Shown: piece after piece, positions 21,942 to 33,757 of the stretch
Numbering within the stretch: position 1 is the stretch's first letter
Layout: every line of letters starts with the position of its first letter
Origin: an uncultured Leptolinea sp.
Lineage (GTDB): Bacteria > Chloroflexota > Anaerolineae > Anaerolineales > Anaerolineaceae
NCBI GenBank assembly: GCA_903828565.1
Contig: CAIKMQ010000028.1
Coordinates: forward strand, 4,007 to 68,006
Length of the DNA: 64,000 bases
Direction: 5' to 3'
Program-made: the position numbers and the translations under genes
The notes under the pieces: model-generated
Databases searched by the model: none
Told to the model about the DNA's origin: nothing
Seen by the model: only the letters and a program-made list of their open reading frames with translations

Positions 21942-23491
21942 TCTGAAAGAACATAATGTACAACCATGTCATTGGTCACCCATTCAATGGGAGCCAGGTC
22001 ATCGGTGTATACTCTGCCAACCGAAGGCGTTGTTTGCATATTGGCAACTGTAATGCTGATCGTTTCCATCAGCAGATTGGGAGTAACTGTATCAGTAGCC
22101 AATAGCTGGTAGTTTGCCATCAGATCATTAATTGATGTTGGTTGTTTTGTGGCAAAAAGAATCGTATTGAAGGTATCAGGTATATCCATCACATATACCG
22201 AGGGGAAAACCGATCGTAATGTCGCGCACAAATCTTCTACCAGGCGTCGATCATCTGGAGCACGGCCGACATTGATTGCTAGAACGCCGTCATCGACCAG
22301 GCGGGAGGAAGCGATCTCAAAAAACTCGCGAGTCGTCAAATGCCAGGGTATGTAAGGTGGTCGATAAGCATCCACGGCGATGATGTTGTAGGTTTTGCCT
22401 GAATGGTCCAAGCCCCACCTGCCATCAGCGGCGATCGGGTTCAGGTTTGGTTCTGTCATGCCAAAGTATGTTTTGCCAATATCTATAATGACTGGGTCTA
22501 TCTCAAATCCATCTATCTGGATGGTGCCGTAAATCGTTGTGGCAGCTCGCGCAGCAGTTCCGGCAGCCAAACCGACGATCGCCATGCTTTTCACACTGTC
22601 CAAATGTACAGGTCCGGGATTAAAGAAAGGCGCGACCGAAAACTGTTCCCAGGGGCCGTAGTAGTTCTCAACTCCTGGTTTGTAGATCGAATGTACTCCC
22701 TGGCCTTCATTCAACCTGAGGAGGAAATAACCCTGCTCTTCTACAACTTCAATGTAGTTATATTCCGATTCGCTTTCAAATAACTGCCCGGGAGTTTCTT
22801 TTATTGAAATTCCTTTTCCGAGGATCAGCAAAGTGATCAGTACGGTCAATAAAAATAAGTAAACCAAGCTTTTGCGAAAGGCTGAATGCATCCAGATACC
22901 CAGAGGTGCCGTCAGCGCCAGAATACAGGCGAAGGCCATGAAGGTGCGGTAGGTTCCAATCAGGGGGATGAAGAGGAGCGTCGCCAGAAAGGTACCGATG
23001 AATGAGCCTATGGTGGATATCGCATAGATCGAACCAGCAACTCTTCCGGATGACCCTTTCTCTTCAATACTCAGTCGGATCGCAAAAGGTGAGATCATCC
23101 CGAGCAATACCATTGGGAATACCAACAGGATCATCACAGAAATGAATGACCCTAATAAGACGCCCAGGCGCAGATGATCAAAGGCACTGGCGGCCAATCG
23201 AAGAACCGGATTCGAAATGAGCGGAACTATAGCAATAGACAGGGATGCCCAGAAAAGTATTAGGTAAAAGGTGAGAGGTTCAGGATGCCGATCGGCAATC
23301 TTACCACCAAGCCAGTATCCGACTGTCAAATAAATCAAGATCAGGCCAATAATGCTTGCCCAGACAAGGTTGGATGTACCAAATACATTCCCAAGCAGAC
23401 GTGACGCGGCCATTTCAATGCCAAGTGAAACCATTCCGGAAATGAAAACAGTTATTAGTAAAAATCGGTGGTGAAGCTGGAATTTTGACAT
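21938..23491 (-). CDS. membrane-fused spermidine synthase-like (aminopropyltransferase fold) protein
   Basis: 517 aa. The N-terminal ~210 aa are polytopic membrane sequence. The C-terminal part has a SpeE-like methyltransferase fold (MAIVGLAAGTAARA, DGFEIDPVII, IIAVDAYRPPYIPWHLTTREFF). It overlaps the downstream gene by 4 nt. Confidence 0.7.
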   Translation of the reverse strand: MSKFQLHHRFLLITVFISGMVSLGIEMAASRLLGNVFGTSNLVWASIIGLILIYLTVGYWLGGKIADRHPEPLTFYLILFWASLSIAIVPLISNPVLRLAASAFDHLRLGVLLGSFISVMILLVFPMVLLGMISPFAIRLSIEEKGSSGRVAGSIYAISTIGSFIGTFLATLLFIPLIGTYRTFMAFACILALTAPLGIWMHSAFRKSLVYLFLLTVLITLLILGKGISIKETPGQLFESESEYNYIEVVEEQGYFLLRLNEGQGVHSIYKPGVENYYGPWEQFSVAPFFNPGPVHLDSVKSMAIVGLAAGTAARAATTIYGTIQIDGFEIDPVIIDIGKTYFGMTEPNLNPIAADGRWGLDHSGKTYNIIAVDAYRPPYIPWHLTTREFFEIASSRLVDDGVLAINVGRAPDDRRLVEDLCATLRSVFPSVYVMDIPDTFNTILFATKQPTSINDLMANYQLLATDTVTPNLLMETISITVANMQTTPSVGRVYTDDLAPIEWVTNDMVVHYVLSE

Positions 23492-23542
23492 GGCGGGAAA
23501 CCCTTTACGGGTATTATACCGTAGGGACGGAGCCTGCCATTA

Positions 23543-23571
23543 TTGTATAAATGATAGGGATATCTTATAAT
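23543..23571 (+). promoter_or_regulatory. sigma-70-like promoter upstream of alaS
   Basis: TTGTAT, a 17-nt spacer, then TATAAT, ending 31 nt before ATG 23603. AGGAGA lies at the RBS position. Confidence 0.5.
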
Positions 23572-23602
23572 TCGGCTTCAAGAATACCTCACAGGAGAAA
23601 TC

Positions 23603-26329
<2,727 letters not shown>

Positions 26330-26332
26330 GAA

Positions 26333-26364
26333 ATCAGCCCCGCTTCAAGCGGGGCTGATCTTTT
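26333..26364 (+). terminator. rho-independent terminator after alaS
   Basis: ATCAGCCCCGC-ttcaa-GCGGGGCTGAT is followed by CTTTT. It overlaps the 3' end of the convergent gene. Confidence 0.6.
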
Positions 26365-27586
26365 GTCGCTCCTTGATCCGGTCGATCCTTTTTTGGATCT
26401 CTTTGAGCCGTTGCTGCTTTGTAAAGGGTCCAAGATTCAGCGATGTAACATATTTCAACCGGCTCTCTGCATAGTACAGGGCTGCCGGATAATTCCGTTC
26501 CACATGTTCATAGTATTTGGCTAATTCTTCCCACCCAAATTCCTGATATCTCTCACCAGCTGCCTGCCATAAAACGAGCGCGCGTTCCCAGTCCGAGTTT
26601 CGGCGGTAAACCTTGCCAACTCTTTCCACAATCTCCCAATCAATAGAGAGGTTTTGTTCCGATGGACGAAAAATGCTGCCAAATACCCGGCATGCTTCTT
26701 CATTCTTACCCAGGTCGAGAAGGAGGGAAACAAGTGGATAGTAGTCATCCGGGCTGGCAGAGGCCGGCACCTCATTTTGAGTTAGAGTGACAGTAAAGTA
26801 GTTCAACAACGCTGCCATGGAGAGGACATCCATTTCATTATGGTACAGTACACCTGCAAGAGGGCGGGCATCCCGAGTTTTGAGATAATCGAAGTAAATC
26901 TGGGGTACTAGATAACCGGGTACTTCATCCTGACCGCGTTCTACCCGTAAGATCTCTATCTCAACATTGGATAAGCGGCGGCTGGCTAGTTTTTTCTTCC
27001 ACATCCGGCGGGCTAAGTGCAGCAAATCGATATGATCCAGATTGGTAAATGGAGAATCTAATCGGTTTAATACATACCTGCTGTTCAATAGGGGAATATC
27101 AAAGGCTTTTCCATTGTAGGTAACCACTCCCTGTGCGCCGTCCATATATTCTGCCAGTGCTGTCAACATTCCCCTTTCCTCGGATGGGTCGCGAAGTAAG
27201 AACTGGGAAAATTCAGTGCCACCCTGTGTGTATCGGCTCAAACCAACCAGGAATGCGAAGGTGCCTGTACCACCTGAAAGCCCGGTGGTTTCTGTGTCAA
27301 GATAAATGAAATTCTCCAGAGAAGTTCTTCCTCCTGGGCTCAGGTGTGCCCAGTCAGCTACCAGTCCAATCTCTCCTTCGATAACAAGGGAGAGAGCGCC
27401 GTGTGCATGAGAGCGATCAAATAACTTTCGGATACGATATGTACTTCCAAAGGCGGTTTGAATGATTTCTCCGGGTATCACTTCATCTACTGAGAACTCA
27501 CCGGAATATATGGGTGGTTTGGGCACCTCATCCGTACCGGTTTTGATGCCCAACCGTTTGAGCTTGGCAGTAAGCGAATCATCCAT
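26345..27586 (-). CDS. RNase H-like/DnaQ-type exonuclease with C-terminal TPR-like repeats (YprB/MrfB-like)
   Basis: 413 aa with FIYLDTETTGL (Exo I), VVTYNGKAFDIPLL (Exo II) and YHNEMDVLS (Exo III). The C-terminal helical repeats are rich in Y/W/A. Its start overlaps the helicase stop by 8 nt. Confidence 0.7.
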   Translation of the reverse strand: MDDSLTAKLKRLGIKTGTDEVPKPPIYSGEFSVDEVIPGEIIQTAFGSTYRIRKLFDRSHAHGALSLVIEGEIGLVADWAHLSPGGRTSLENFIYLDTETTGLSGGTGTFAFLVGLSRYTQGGTEFSQFLLRDPSEERGMLTALAEYMDGAQGVVTYNGKAFDIPLLNSRYVLNRLDSPFTNLDHIDLLHLARRMWKKKLASRRLSNVEIEILRVERGQDEVPGYLVPQIYFDYLKTRDARPLAGVLYHNEMDVLSMAALLNYFTVTLTQNEVPASASPDDYYPLVSLLLDLGKNEEACRVFGSIFRPSEQNLSIDWEIVERVGKVYRRNSDWERALVLWQAAGERYQEFGWEELAKYYEHVERNYPAALYYAESRLKYVTSLNLGPFTKQQRLKEIQKRIDRIKERQKISPA

Positions 27587-30098
27587 GGGTAATCAACTCC
27601 AGAATGGCAAGGGTTTCTCTCTTACCTCCATAACCTTCTTCCCCGGCAGGGCCAATACAGCTGGGGCAACCATCTTTACAAGGGCATTGTTGAATATGGC
27701 TGTGCACCTCCGGCAGCCAACCGGGAATGATATCGGAGGCGGCATCCGAGAGCCCGATACCTCCCGGGGCGGAGTCAAACCCGATAATGGCAGGCTGTTG
27801 GTTGAACAGCGAGCAAAGTGGATCCGCATGGACTTCCATATCCCGGGTGTCACACATCAACCGTAAGGGGAGGAGGTGGCGCATCGCATAGGCCAGACCG
27901 GTCAAACCGCTGCGTACGTAGGCTCGTTCTTCTGCCAGCCTGTGGCAATCAGGGCAAAGGGTGATGAGGTTTTGGTGTTTGTTCGCTTCTTCTGGTGATG
28001 AGAAAAGCCGAAAAGGAACAATGTGGTGAACATGAAGCGGTTGAGCTCCGAACGATCTTCTACAATTTTGACAGATATTCCGATCGCGCTCTCTCACACT
28101 CATTCGAATACTATCCCAATCCGCGCCGTAATCGTTCGGGTCATTAAGCCAATCACCGGCAAGACGCAATTTTTCTACACTGGCTGGATGGAGGATCATC
28201 CAGAAACCTTTAGTGTCATAAGTATAAGCAGGTAGATCAACCAATCCAAAACCCAGGATTTCATGGCTATGGTTTTTAATCTTCCGATATCCGGTAACCT
28301 GATTTGTGACCTGAAGATCTCCGCAGCCGATATGGAAGCCGGATTTATCCGCTTCGGCAGTCCGGGATAGAATTTCAAAAGAAAGAGATTCACGCGGTTC
28401 AGTATAATAATCCTCAGAAACTATTGTTAATTGCGCATAGTTATTATCCAGGTCCAAGACATCCACCCGGTACGAAATTCCTTCGTGCAGGTAGATCGCA
28501 TCCGGATGTATCATCCAGTAAGATGAGATGAGATCCACGGTCCCAAATACTTCCCAGGTATCTCCAGTTAGCCTTTTTAGGTCTATCCGTTCTGCCGTTG
28601 CATTTCTTAATGAGATAGAAGCGGAAGGATATTCGCTCTGTATCCAGGTATAAAGATTGCCGGAGTGGTGCAGAAATCCAAGAGTGGTGAGATATTCGAG
28701 TACTCCATAAAGTGTATCTTGTGGGAGAGTACCAAACGAATCTTGATCTATAAAAGGGAGTTCGAAAGCAGCACATTTCAAGTGGTTGAGGAGTATCGAC
28801 AAGTTATCCGGGTTGATCAAGGCTTTTTCTGGGGAAAGCCCAAGGAAGTATGCAGGATTTCTGGCGAGAAACTGATCAATTGGGTCTGATGTGGCAAGCA
28901 GAACCGCAAGGGATTCCTGGAACTTTCTACCCGCCCGCCCAATTTGCTGGGTGGTAGATGCGATTGTGCCTGGATAACCCACGAGAAGTGAAGCATCCAG
29001 TGCGCCAATATCAATACCCAACTCCAGCGCAGAGGTTGCGACCACAGTAGATACCTTGTTCTCCCGCAAGCCAGTTTCTATCTCACGCCGGTCTTTTGGC
29101 AGATAACCACTGCGGTAACCCCTGATTCTGGCTGCATACCCTGGATAAGTATACTGGAACGCAGTTAGGATTAACTCAACCGAACGCCGGGTCTGGCTGA
29201 ATATGATGGATTGTGTATCCTGTTTCAACAGGCTTTCAGATAATTCGACTGCTTCGTAAAGTGCGTTTTTTCTGATTCCCAGCTGTTCATTGACTATGGG
29301 AGGGTTATAAATAAAAAAAGTCTTCTCCCCGTGTCCCGCCCCGTCCTCACTGATCACTACAGGCTGCATGCCTGTAAGATTTTGAGCCAGTTCACCCGCA
29401 TTCCCAATGGTCGCTGATGTCATGTAATATTTTGGTTGGGAGGAGTAAAAAGCTGCAACTCTGTTTAGCCGGCGGATTACATTCGCCACATGAGAGCCGA
29501 ATACTCCACGATAGGTGTGGATCTCATCAATAATGACGAAACGCAATCCCGATAAAAAACCTTCCCACTGTGTATGATGTGGAAGGATACCCAGATGGAG
29601 CATATCTGGATTACTGATCAGTATTCGGGCAGAATCCCGAATTGCCCGCCGGTGCATGATGGTTGTGTCGCCATCATAAGTTGCACAATTCAGATCGTTC
29701 CCTGGTACGTAATCCAACAGAGCGAGTAATTTGTACAGTTGATCTTGGGCTAAGGCTTTTGTAGGGAAAAGTAGAAGAGCTTTTGCTTTAGGATCGGTGA
29801 GTAATTCATTTAGGATTGGCAGGTAGTAGCAAAGAGATTTTCCACTCGCGGTACCAGAGGTGATGACCATATTTTCACCAGCTGCAGCATGCTCCCAGGC
29901 TGTACGCTGATGTGAGTAGAGCTTATGGATGCCAATAGCTTGCAATGCCTGGATCAGATCAGGATGCAGATTTGCCGGGAAATCAGTATACACAGGATCG
30001 ACTTTTGGCAGGATAGTGGAGAAAATGAAATTAGGGGAGAGATTGCTATTCTCCATCCAATGCTGCATTACAGTCTGAATGCCAAGATTACTGCTCAT
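27579..30098 (-). CDS. DEAD/DEAH-box helicase with C-terminal Cys4 DUF1998/MZB domain (YprA/MrfA-like) and an inserted HNH motif
   Basis: 839 aa with motif I (SGTASGKS), motif II (IIDEIHTYRG), motif III (TSAT) and motif VI (QQIGRAGR). The HNH-like insert is CQNCRR...HVHHIVP...NLITLCPDCH. The terminal zinc motif is MCD...CPCKDGCPSC. Confidence 0.8.
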   Translation of the reverse strand: MSSNLGIQTVMQHWMENSNLSPNFIFSTILPKVDPVYTDFPANLHPDLIQALQAIGIHKLYSHQRTAWEHAAAGENMVITSGTASGKSLCYYLPILNELLTDPKAKALLLFPTKALAQDQLYKLLALLDYVPGNDLNCATYDGDTTIMHRRAIRDSARILISNPDMLHLGILPHHTQWEGFLSGLRFVIIDEIHTYRGVFGSHVANVIRRLNRVAAFYSSQPKYYMTSATIGNAGELAQNLTGMQPVVISEDGAGHGEKTFFIYNPPIVNEQLGIRKNALYEAVELSESLLKQDTQSIIFSQTRRSVELILTAFQYTYPGYAARIRGYRSGYLPKDRREIETGLRENKVSTVVATSALELGIDIGALDASLLVGYPGTIASTTQQIGRAGRKFQESLAVLLATSDPIDQFLARNPAYFLGLSPEKALINPDNLSILLNHLKCAAFELPFIDQDSFGTLPQDTLYGVLEYLTTLGFLHHSGNLYTWIQSEYPSASISLRNATAERIDLKRLTGDTWEVFGTVDLISSYWMIHPDAIYLHEGISYRVDVLDLDNNYAQLTIVSEDYYTEPRESLSFEILSRTAEADKSGFHIGCGDLQVTNQVTGYRKIKNHSHEILGFGLVDLPAYTYDTKGFWMILHPASVEKLRLAGDWLNDPNDYGADWDSIRMSVRERDRNICQNCRRSFGAQPLHVHHIVPFRLFSSPEEANKHQNLITLCPDCHRLAEERAYVRSGLTGLAYAMRHLLPLRLMCDTRDMEVHADPLCSLFNQQPAIIGFDSAPGGIGLSDAASDIIPGWLPEVHSHIQQCPCKDGCPSCIGPAGEEGYGGKRETLAILELITHG

Positions 30099-30200
30099 AT
30101 GTTCTGATTATACATGCTAATCGAAAGCAAATATACGGCGTTATTTGATTTATTAGGTAAAATAGAGCAATGTGGTTTTGCCATCGATAAGGAGCTGGTT

Positions 30201-30986
30201 GTGAAGAAAATCCTTGTTTTTGCTCCGCATCCTGATGATGCTGAATTTTATGCGGGTGGGTTGATTGCGAGCCTGGTTGCAGCCGGTAATAAGGTAAAGA
30301 TTCTCACCATCACAGACGGTTGGTGTGGCTCTTATCACCATACTCAGATGGAATTGGGGCAAATCCGGCAAAAGGAAGCCATTCAGGCTGCAGAGATCAT
30401 GGGGACCGAGGTGGCGTTCCTCGGATACCATGACTTCACTCTGGATACCCTCCCCGCAGGTGAATTACGGGAAAAATTGATCCGCTGTATTCGAATGGAA
30501 AAACCGGATACTGTTATTACCATTGATCCCATGGCGACCAATGAAGCGCATCCGGATCATCGGGCACTTGCCAGGGCCGGCGGTGACGCAGTTGCGCATT
30601 CCGGATTGCCCCTGGTCTACCCGGAGCATATCAGCGATGGATTAGATGCCCATTTTGTTCCCGAAAAATATTTTTACAGTGATGATCCTGCCCGTTACAA
30701 TCAGTTCATCGATATTACCGCTCATATCGGAATGAAACTGGAAGGCATGCGCGCGCATCAAAGCCAGGTGGAATTCTTAGTAGAAGATGTAGCGCGTCAG
30801 GCCCAGCTAGCAGGATTGGATATTCAGACTCTTCTCGGGGAAACAGCCCAGAATCCTTTCCAGGCATTAAGCTTTGCCATCATGTCACAGGCAGAGCGAG
30901 TTGGCTCCTTAGCCGGCTATAAATACGGCGAAGGATATCGCTATGCAAGGTTCCATGCGTTCGTGGAAGAGCTATTAGCTCAGTGA
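30201..30986 (+). CDS. PIG-L/LmbE-family deacetylase
   Basis: Track ORF 30114..30986. I prefer the in-frame GTG 30201 (VKKILVFAPHPDDAEF), 6 nt after AAGGAG. It has the PHPDDxE motif and HPDH zinc ligands. Confidence 0.75.
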   Translation: MKKILVFAPHPDDAEFYAGGLIASLVAAGNKVKILTITDGWCGSYHHTQMELGQIRQKEAIQAAEIMGTEVAFLGYHDFTLDTLPAGELREKLIRCIRMEKPDTVITIDPMATNEAHPDHRALARAGGDAVAHSGLPLVYPEHISDGLDAHFVPEKYFYSDDPARYNQFIDITAHIGMKLEGMRAHQSQVEFLVEDVARQAQLAGLDIQTLLGETAQNPFQALSFAIMSQAERVGSLAGYKYGEGYRYARFHAFVEELLAQ

Positions 30987-31013
30987 TTTATTTTGCTAAA
31001 ACAGGAGAAAAGG

Positions 31014-32321
31014 ATGAAAAAACCGGGTAAGGCATATCCAATATTTGTTGTGGTGATATTTTCATTATTTATGTTATTGCATCAAACCGATAAACTAATG
31101 ATTGGATCTCTCCAGACAGATATCAGTGCTACCTTCAAATTAAACGACTTGCAATGGGGCCTGATCAATTCCGGTGCATTGATCGTTGGTACGATCCTCT
31201 ATCCCATTTGGGGATATCTGTATGACCGCTATTCACGGGCCAAGTTGTTATCTTTGGCTTCGTTGATCTGGGGCGCCACCACGTGGGTAAGTTCGATCGT
31301 CAAGACATTCGGTGGCTTTTTAGCTACCCGTTCGTCCACCGGTATTGATGACAGCGCTTATCCGGGTTTATACAGCCTAATCGCCGATTATTTTACTCCT
31401 CGCGTACGCGGGCGCATTTATGGCATACTTCAGCTTACACAGCCGATTGGTTACCTGCTGGGTATGATTCTGGCCTTGATGGTTGCACCGACCCTCACAG
31501 GAGTATTTGGCAACCTGGAAGGTTGGCGGGCAATATTCATTATTACAGGTAGCCTTGGTTTGGTAATGGCCATCGTAATCTTCTTTGGTGTGAAGGAAAT
31601 GCCTCGCGGTCAATCCGAGCCGGAATTTGCTGGAATGGATGAGATCGGTCAATTCCGCTTCAAATGGAGCTCATTAAAGGATGTTCTCAAGAAAAAGACA
31701 ATGTGGTTTGTTTTCCTACAGGGTTTTGCCGGTGTCTTTCCATGGAATGTCATCACTTTCTTTTTCTTTGGTTACCTGATGACTGTGCGAAAGTACGATG
31801 ACGGGGCGGTACTGATGACAATGGGCCCGGTCATTATTATCCTGGCGCTGGGTTACTTTGTTGGTGGAGCGTTGGGCGATTGGTTGTTCAAGCGCACTCT
31901 GAAGGGAAGGATCCTGATCTCCAGCGCAGGTGTTTTGTTGGGTGCGATCTTCCTTTTTCTTGCTATTAAAACCCCGGTGGCTGATCGGAATACATTTTTC
32001 ATTTTTATGAGCCTGACAGCTCTTTTTATGCCCTTCTCATCACCCAATGTGATCTCGACAGTATTTGATATCAGTCTGCCTGAAGTTCGCAGCTCTGCAC
32101 AAGCTGTGGAATATTTCGTGGAAAACAGTGGCGCAGCCCTGGCGCCTACCCTGGCCGGAGCGATCTCGGTTGCCACTGGCAGCCTGGAATTAGCGATATT
32201 GGTGGTATGTATCACAGCCTGGGTACTTTGTTTCTTCCTTTATTTGGGAGCATTGCTCTTTGTAGATCGGGATATAAAGTCACTACATGCCGTTTTAGCA
32301 GAACGTGCAAAACAGGGATAA
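31014..32321 (+). CDS. MFS transporter
   Basis: The start is set at ATG 31014. About 12 hydrophobic helices are visible, with an MFS loop motif (GYLYDRYSRAKLL). Confidence 0.75.
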   Translation: MKKPGKAYPIFVVVIFSLFMLLHQTDKLMIGSLQTDISATFKLNDLQWGLINSGALIVGTILYPIWGYLYDRYSRAKLLSLASLIWGATTWVSSIVKTFGGFLATRSSTGIDDSAYPGLYSLIADYFTPRVRGRIYGILQLTQPIGYLLGMILALMVAPTLTGVFGNLEGWRAIFIITGSLGLVMAIVIFFGVKEMPRGQSEPEFAGMDEIGQFRFKWSSLKDVLKKKTMWFVFLQGFAGVFPWNVITFFFFGYLMTVRKYDDGAVLMTMGPVIIILALGYFVGGALGDWLFKRTLKGRILISSAGVLLGAIFLFLAIKTPVADRNTFFIFMSLTALFMPFSSPNVISTVFDISLPEVRSSAQAVEYFVENSGAALAPTLAGAISVATGSLELAILVVCITAWVLCFFLYLGALLFVDRDIKSLHAVLAERAKQG

Positions 32322-32333
32322 TAAGATATTCCT

Positions 32334-32360
32334 GAGCCTGGTTGAAATTTGACCAGGCTC
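32334..32360. terminator. hairpin between convergent genes
   Basis: GAGCCTGGT-loop-ACCAGGCTC is a 9-bp stem. The flanks are AT-rich, but there is no clean T-run. Confidence 0.4.
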
Positions 32361-32367
32361 ATTATAT

Positions 32368-32604
32368 TTAATGATGACAGGAATCGCAGGAACCACCGCT
32401 GCATCCCCCGCATCCACCCGAATGGGAATGGCCAGATTGTGAACTGCTTGTAGATGAGCCATGTGTAAAGAAAGTTGAAAGACATCGCCTGGTATTATTG
32501 CTGCTGCACTGCAGACATTGTGGAGTAGAATCCGCTTCTTTCATGGACCGAAGAAGATCAAAATTGTATCCGCAATCTTGGCAGGAATATTCGTATAGTG
32601 GCAT
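32368..32604 (-). CDS. FmdB-family zinc-ribbon protein with Gly/Ser/Cys/His-rich tail
   Basis: 78 aa starting MPLYEYSCQDCGYNFD...CLQCSS (the CxxC_CxxC_SSSS pattern), with the tail GHSHSGGCGGCSGGSCDSCHH. It lies 2 nt downstream of the membrane protein gene. Confidence 0.75.
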   Translation of the reverse strand: MPLYEYSCQDCGYNFDLLRSMKEADSTPQCLQCSSNNTRRCLSTFFTHGSSTSSSQSGHSHSGGCGGCSGGSCDSCHH

Positions 32605-32606
32605 GC

Positions 32607-33701
32607 TTAAACTCCAATTGAATGATGAATTCTTTGACGATAAGCCTGAGCCATCAGGAAAACAATAAGCTGTATTGTCACAAAAATGATCGTAGAAAAC
32701 TGATCGTAATAAAAGATCAAGAGATCGACAACGGTAAAGGATAGAAGGAAGGCGAAATAAGCTAACCGTCCACCCACCACCTTATACTTTTTAGTTATTA
32801 GGATGAAGCCTGAAAGAATAAACAATAACCCGGCTACTTCTTCAAGGATTAATCGTACTGCGAGAAATATCTGCTCAGGTGATGATGTTAGTAATCCCTG
32901 CTGGATAAGAGGTTGAAGTATGCTGGCCAATCGTGAAAAATCCCGGGTAGCAAAGGCTATTTGCACAGGGTAGATGGACATGAATGCTCCCATGGCAACT
33001 AAAGAGATTGTCAAAAGGATTGCAAGGAAGGAGGTTGAAACGCGCTGATTAATAACATCAATGTTCGACGTGATCCAGCCGGGAATTGTGCGATCACGCA
33101 ATCCTTTTCTGGCTTCCTGTGCTGTGATGAAGTGAAGTAATTCTGCGGCCAGCCCACGATATTCAGGCCGATGCGATGTTCTCATGACATGCTCTAGCGT
33201 CTCTTCAATATCCTTTTTTTCGTACTCATCCAGATCATCGTCTAGCACCTCTTCCATCAGATCGAGAGCATGATACATATCAGTCCTATCATTCCTTACG
33301 GGTTTCTGACGGATCAGGGAGTATAAAACAACAAGTAGAAGGAAAAAACCATAAATGATGGGGGCGGCTGGGGGATAAAAGTAGTCATTATCTGCAGTTA
33401 TATATTTGCCCACTTCATCGATAAATAACCCAATCCCAAGCCCTGTCAGGGATGCACTGGCGATGAGGATCTTGCGATTCGCATAAAGGAGCGGAAGCAG
33501 GGCGGCAGCGTAGAGCGCAAGTCCTCCCCAGAGGATATGTGCTATATGGATCGTTCCTCCACCTAATTGAGGAAATCCGGTGAGATTAAGGAATGTTCGG
33601 GTGAGGGATACAGAAAAAGCGAAACTGATCAGGGTTAACAAGATCAACCTGGCTGATCCAGCGCGTTTTACCAGCGAGGGTTTTCGGGATAATCGTTTCA
33701 T
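32607..33701 (-). CDS. polytopic membrane protein of unknown function
   Basis: 364 aa with about 8 TM helices, split by an acidic cytoplasmic segment (DLMEEVLDDDLDEYEKKDIEETLEH). I recognise no family. Confidence 0.55.
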   Translation of the reverse strand: MKRLSRKPSLVKRAGSARLILLTLISFAFSVSLTRTFLNLTGFPQLGGGTIHIAHILWGGLALYAAALLPLLYANRKILIASASLTGLGIGLFIDEVGKYITADNDYFYPPAAPIIYGFFLLLVVLYSLIRQKPVRNDRTDMYHALDLMEEVLDDDLDEYEKKDIEETLEHVMRTSHRPEYRGLAAELLHFITAQEARKGLRDRTIPGWITSNIDVINQRVSTSFLAILLTISLVAMGAFMSIYPVQIAFATRDFSRLASILQPLIQQGLLTSSPEQIFLAVRLILEEVAGLLFILSGFILITKKYKVVGGRLAYFAFLLSFTVVDLLIFYYDQFSTIIFVTIQLIVFLMAQAYRQRIHHSIGV

Positions 33702-33715
33702 TTCACGAATTATAC

Positions 33716-33742
33716 AAAAAAAAGGCCCTGTGAGGGGCCTTT
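33716..33742 (-). terminator. rho-independent terminator of the 33758..34414 gene
   Basis: The minus strand reads AAAGGCCCCTCACAGGGCC followed by a run of 8 T. Confidence 0.7.
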
Positions 33743-33757
33743 AGTTTTATTGTCGAA

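Noticed and set aside
32368-32604. The Cys/Gly/Ser-rich 78-aa peptide as a possible RiPP precursor.
   Set aside because: The N-terminus is a canonical FmdB zinc ribbon (MPLYEYSCQDCG...). Cys/Gly/His tails are common in that family, and no radical SAM enzyme, cyclodehydratase, lanthipeptide synthetase, protease or exporter gene is nearby.
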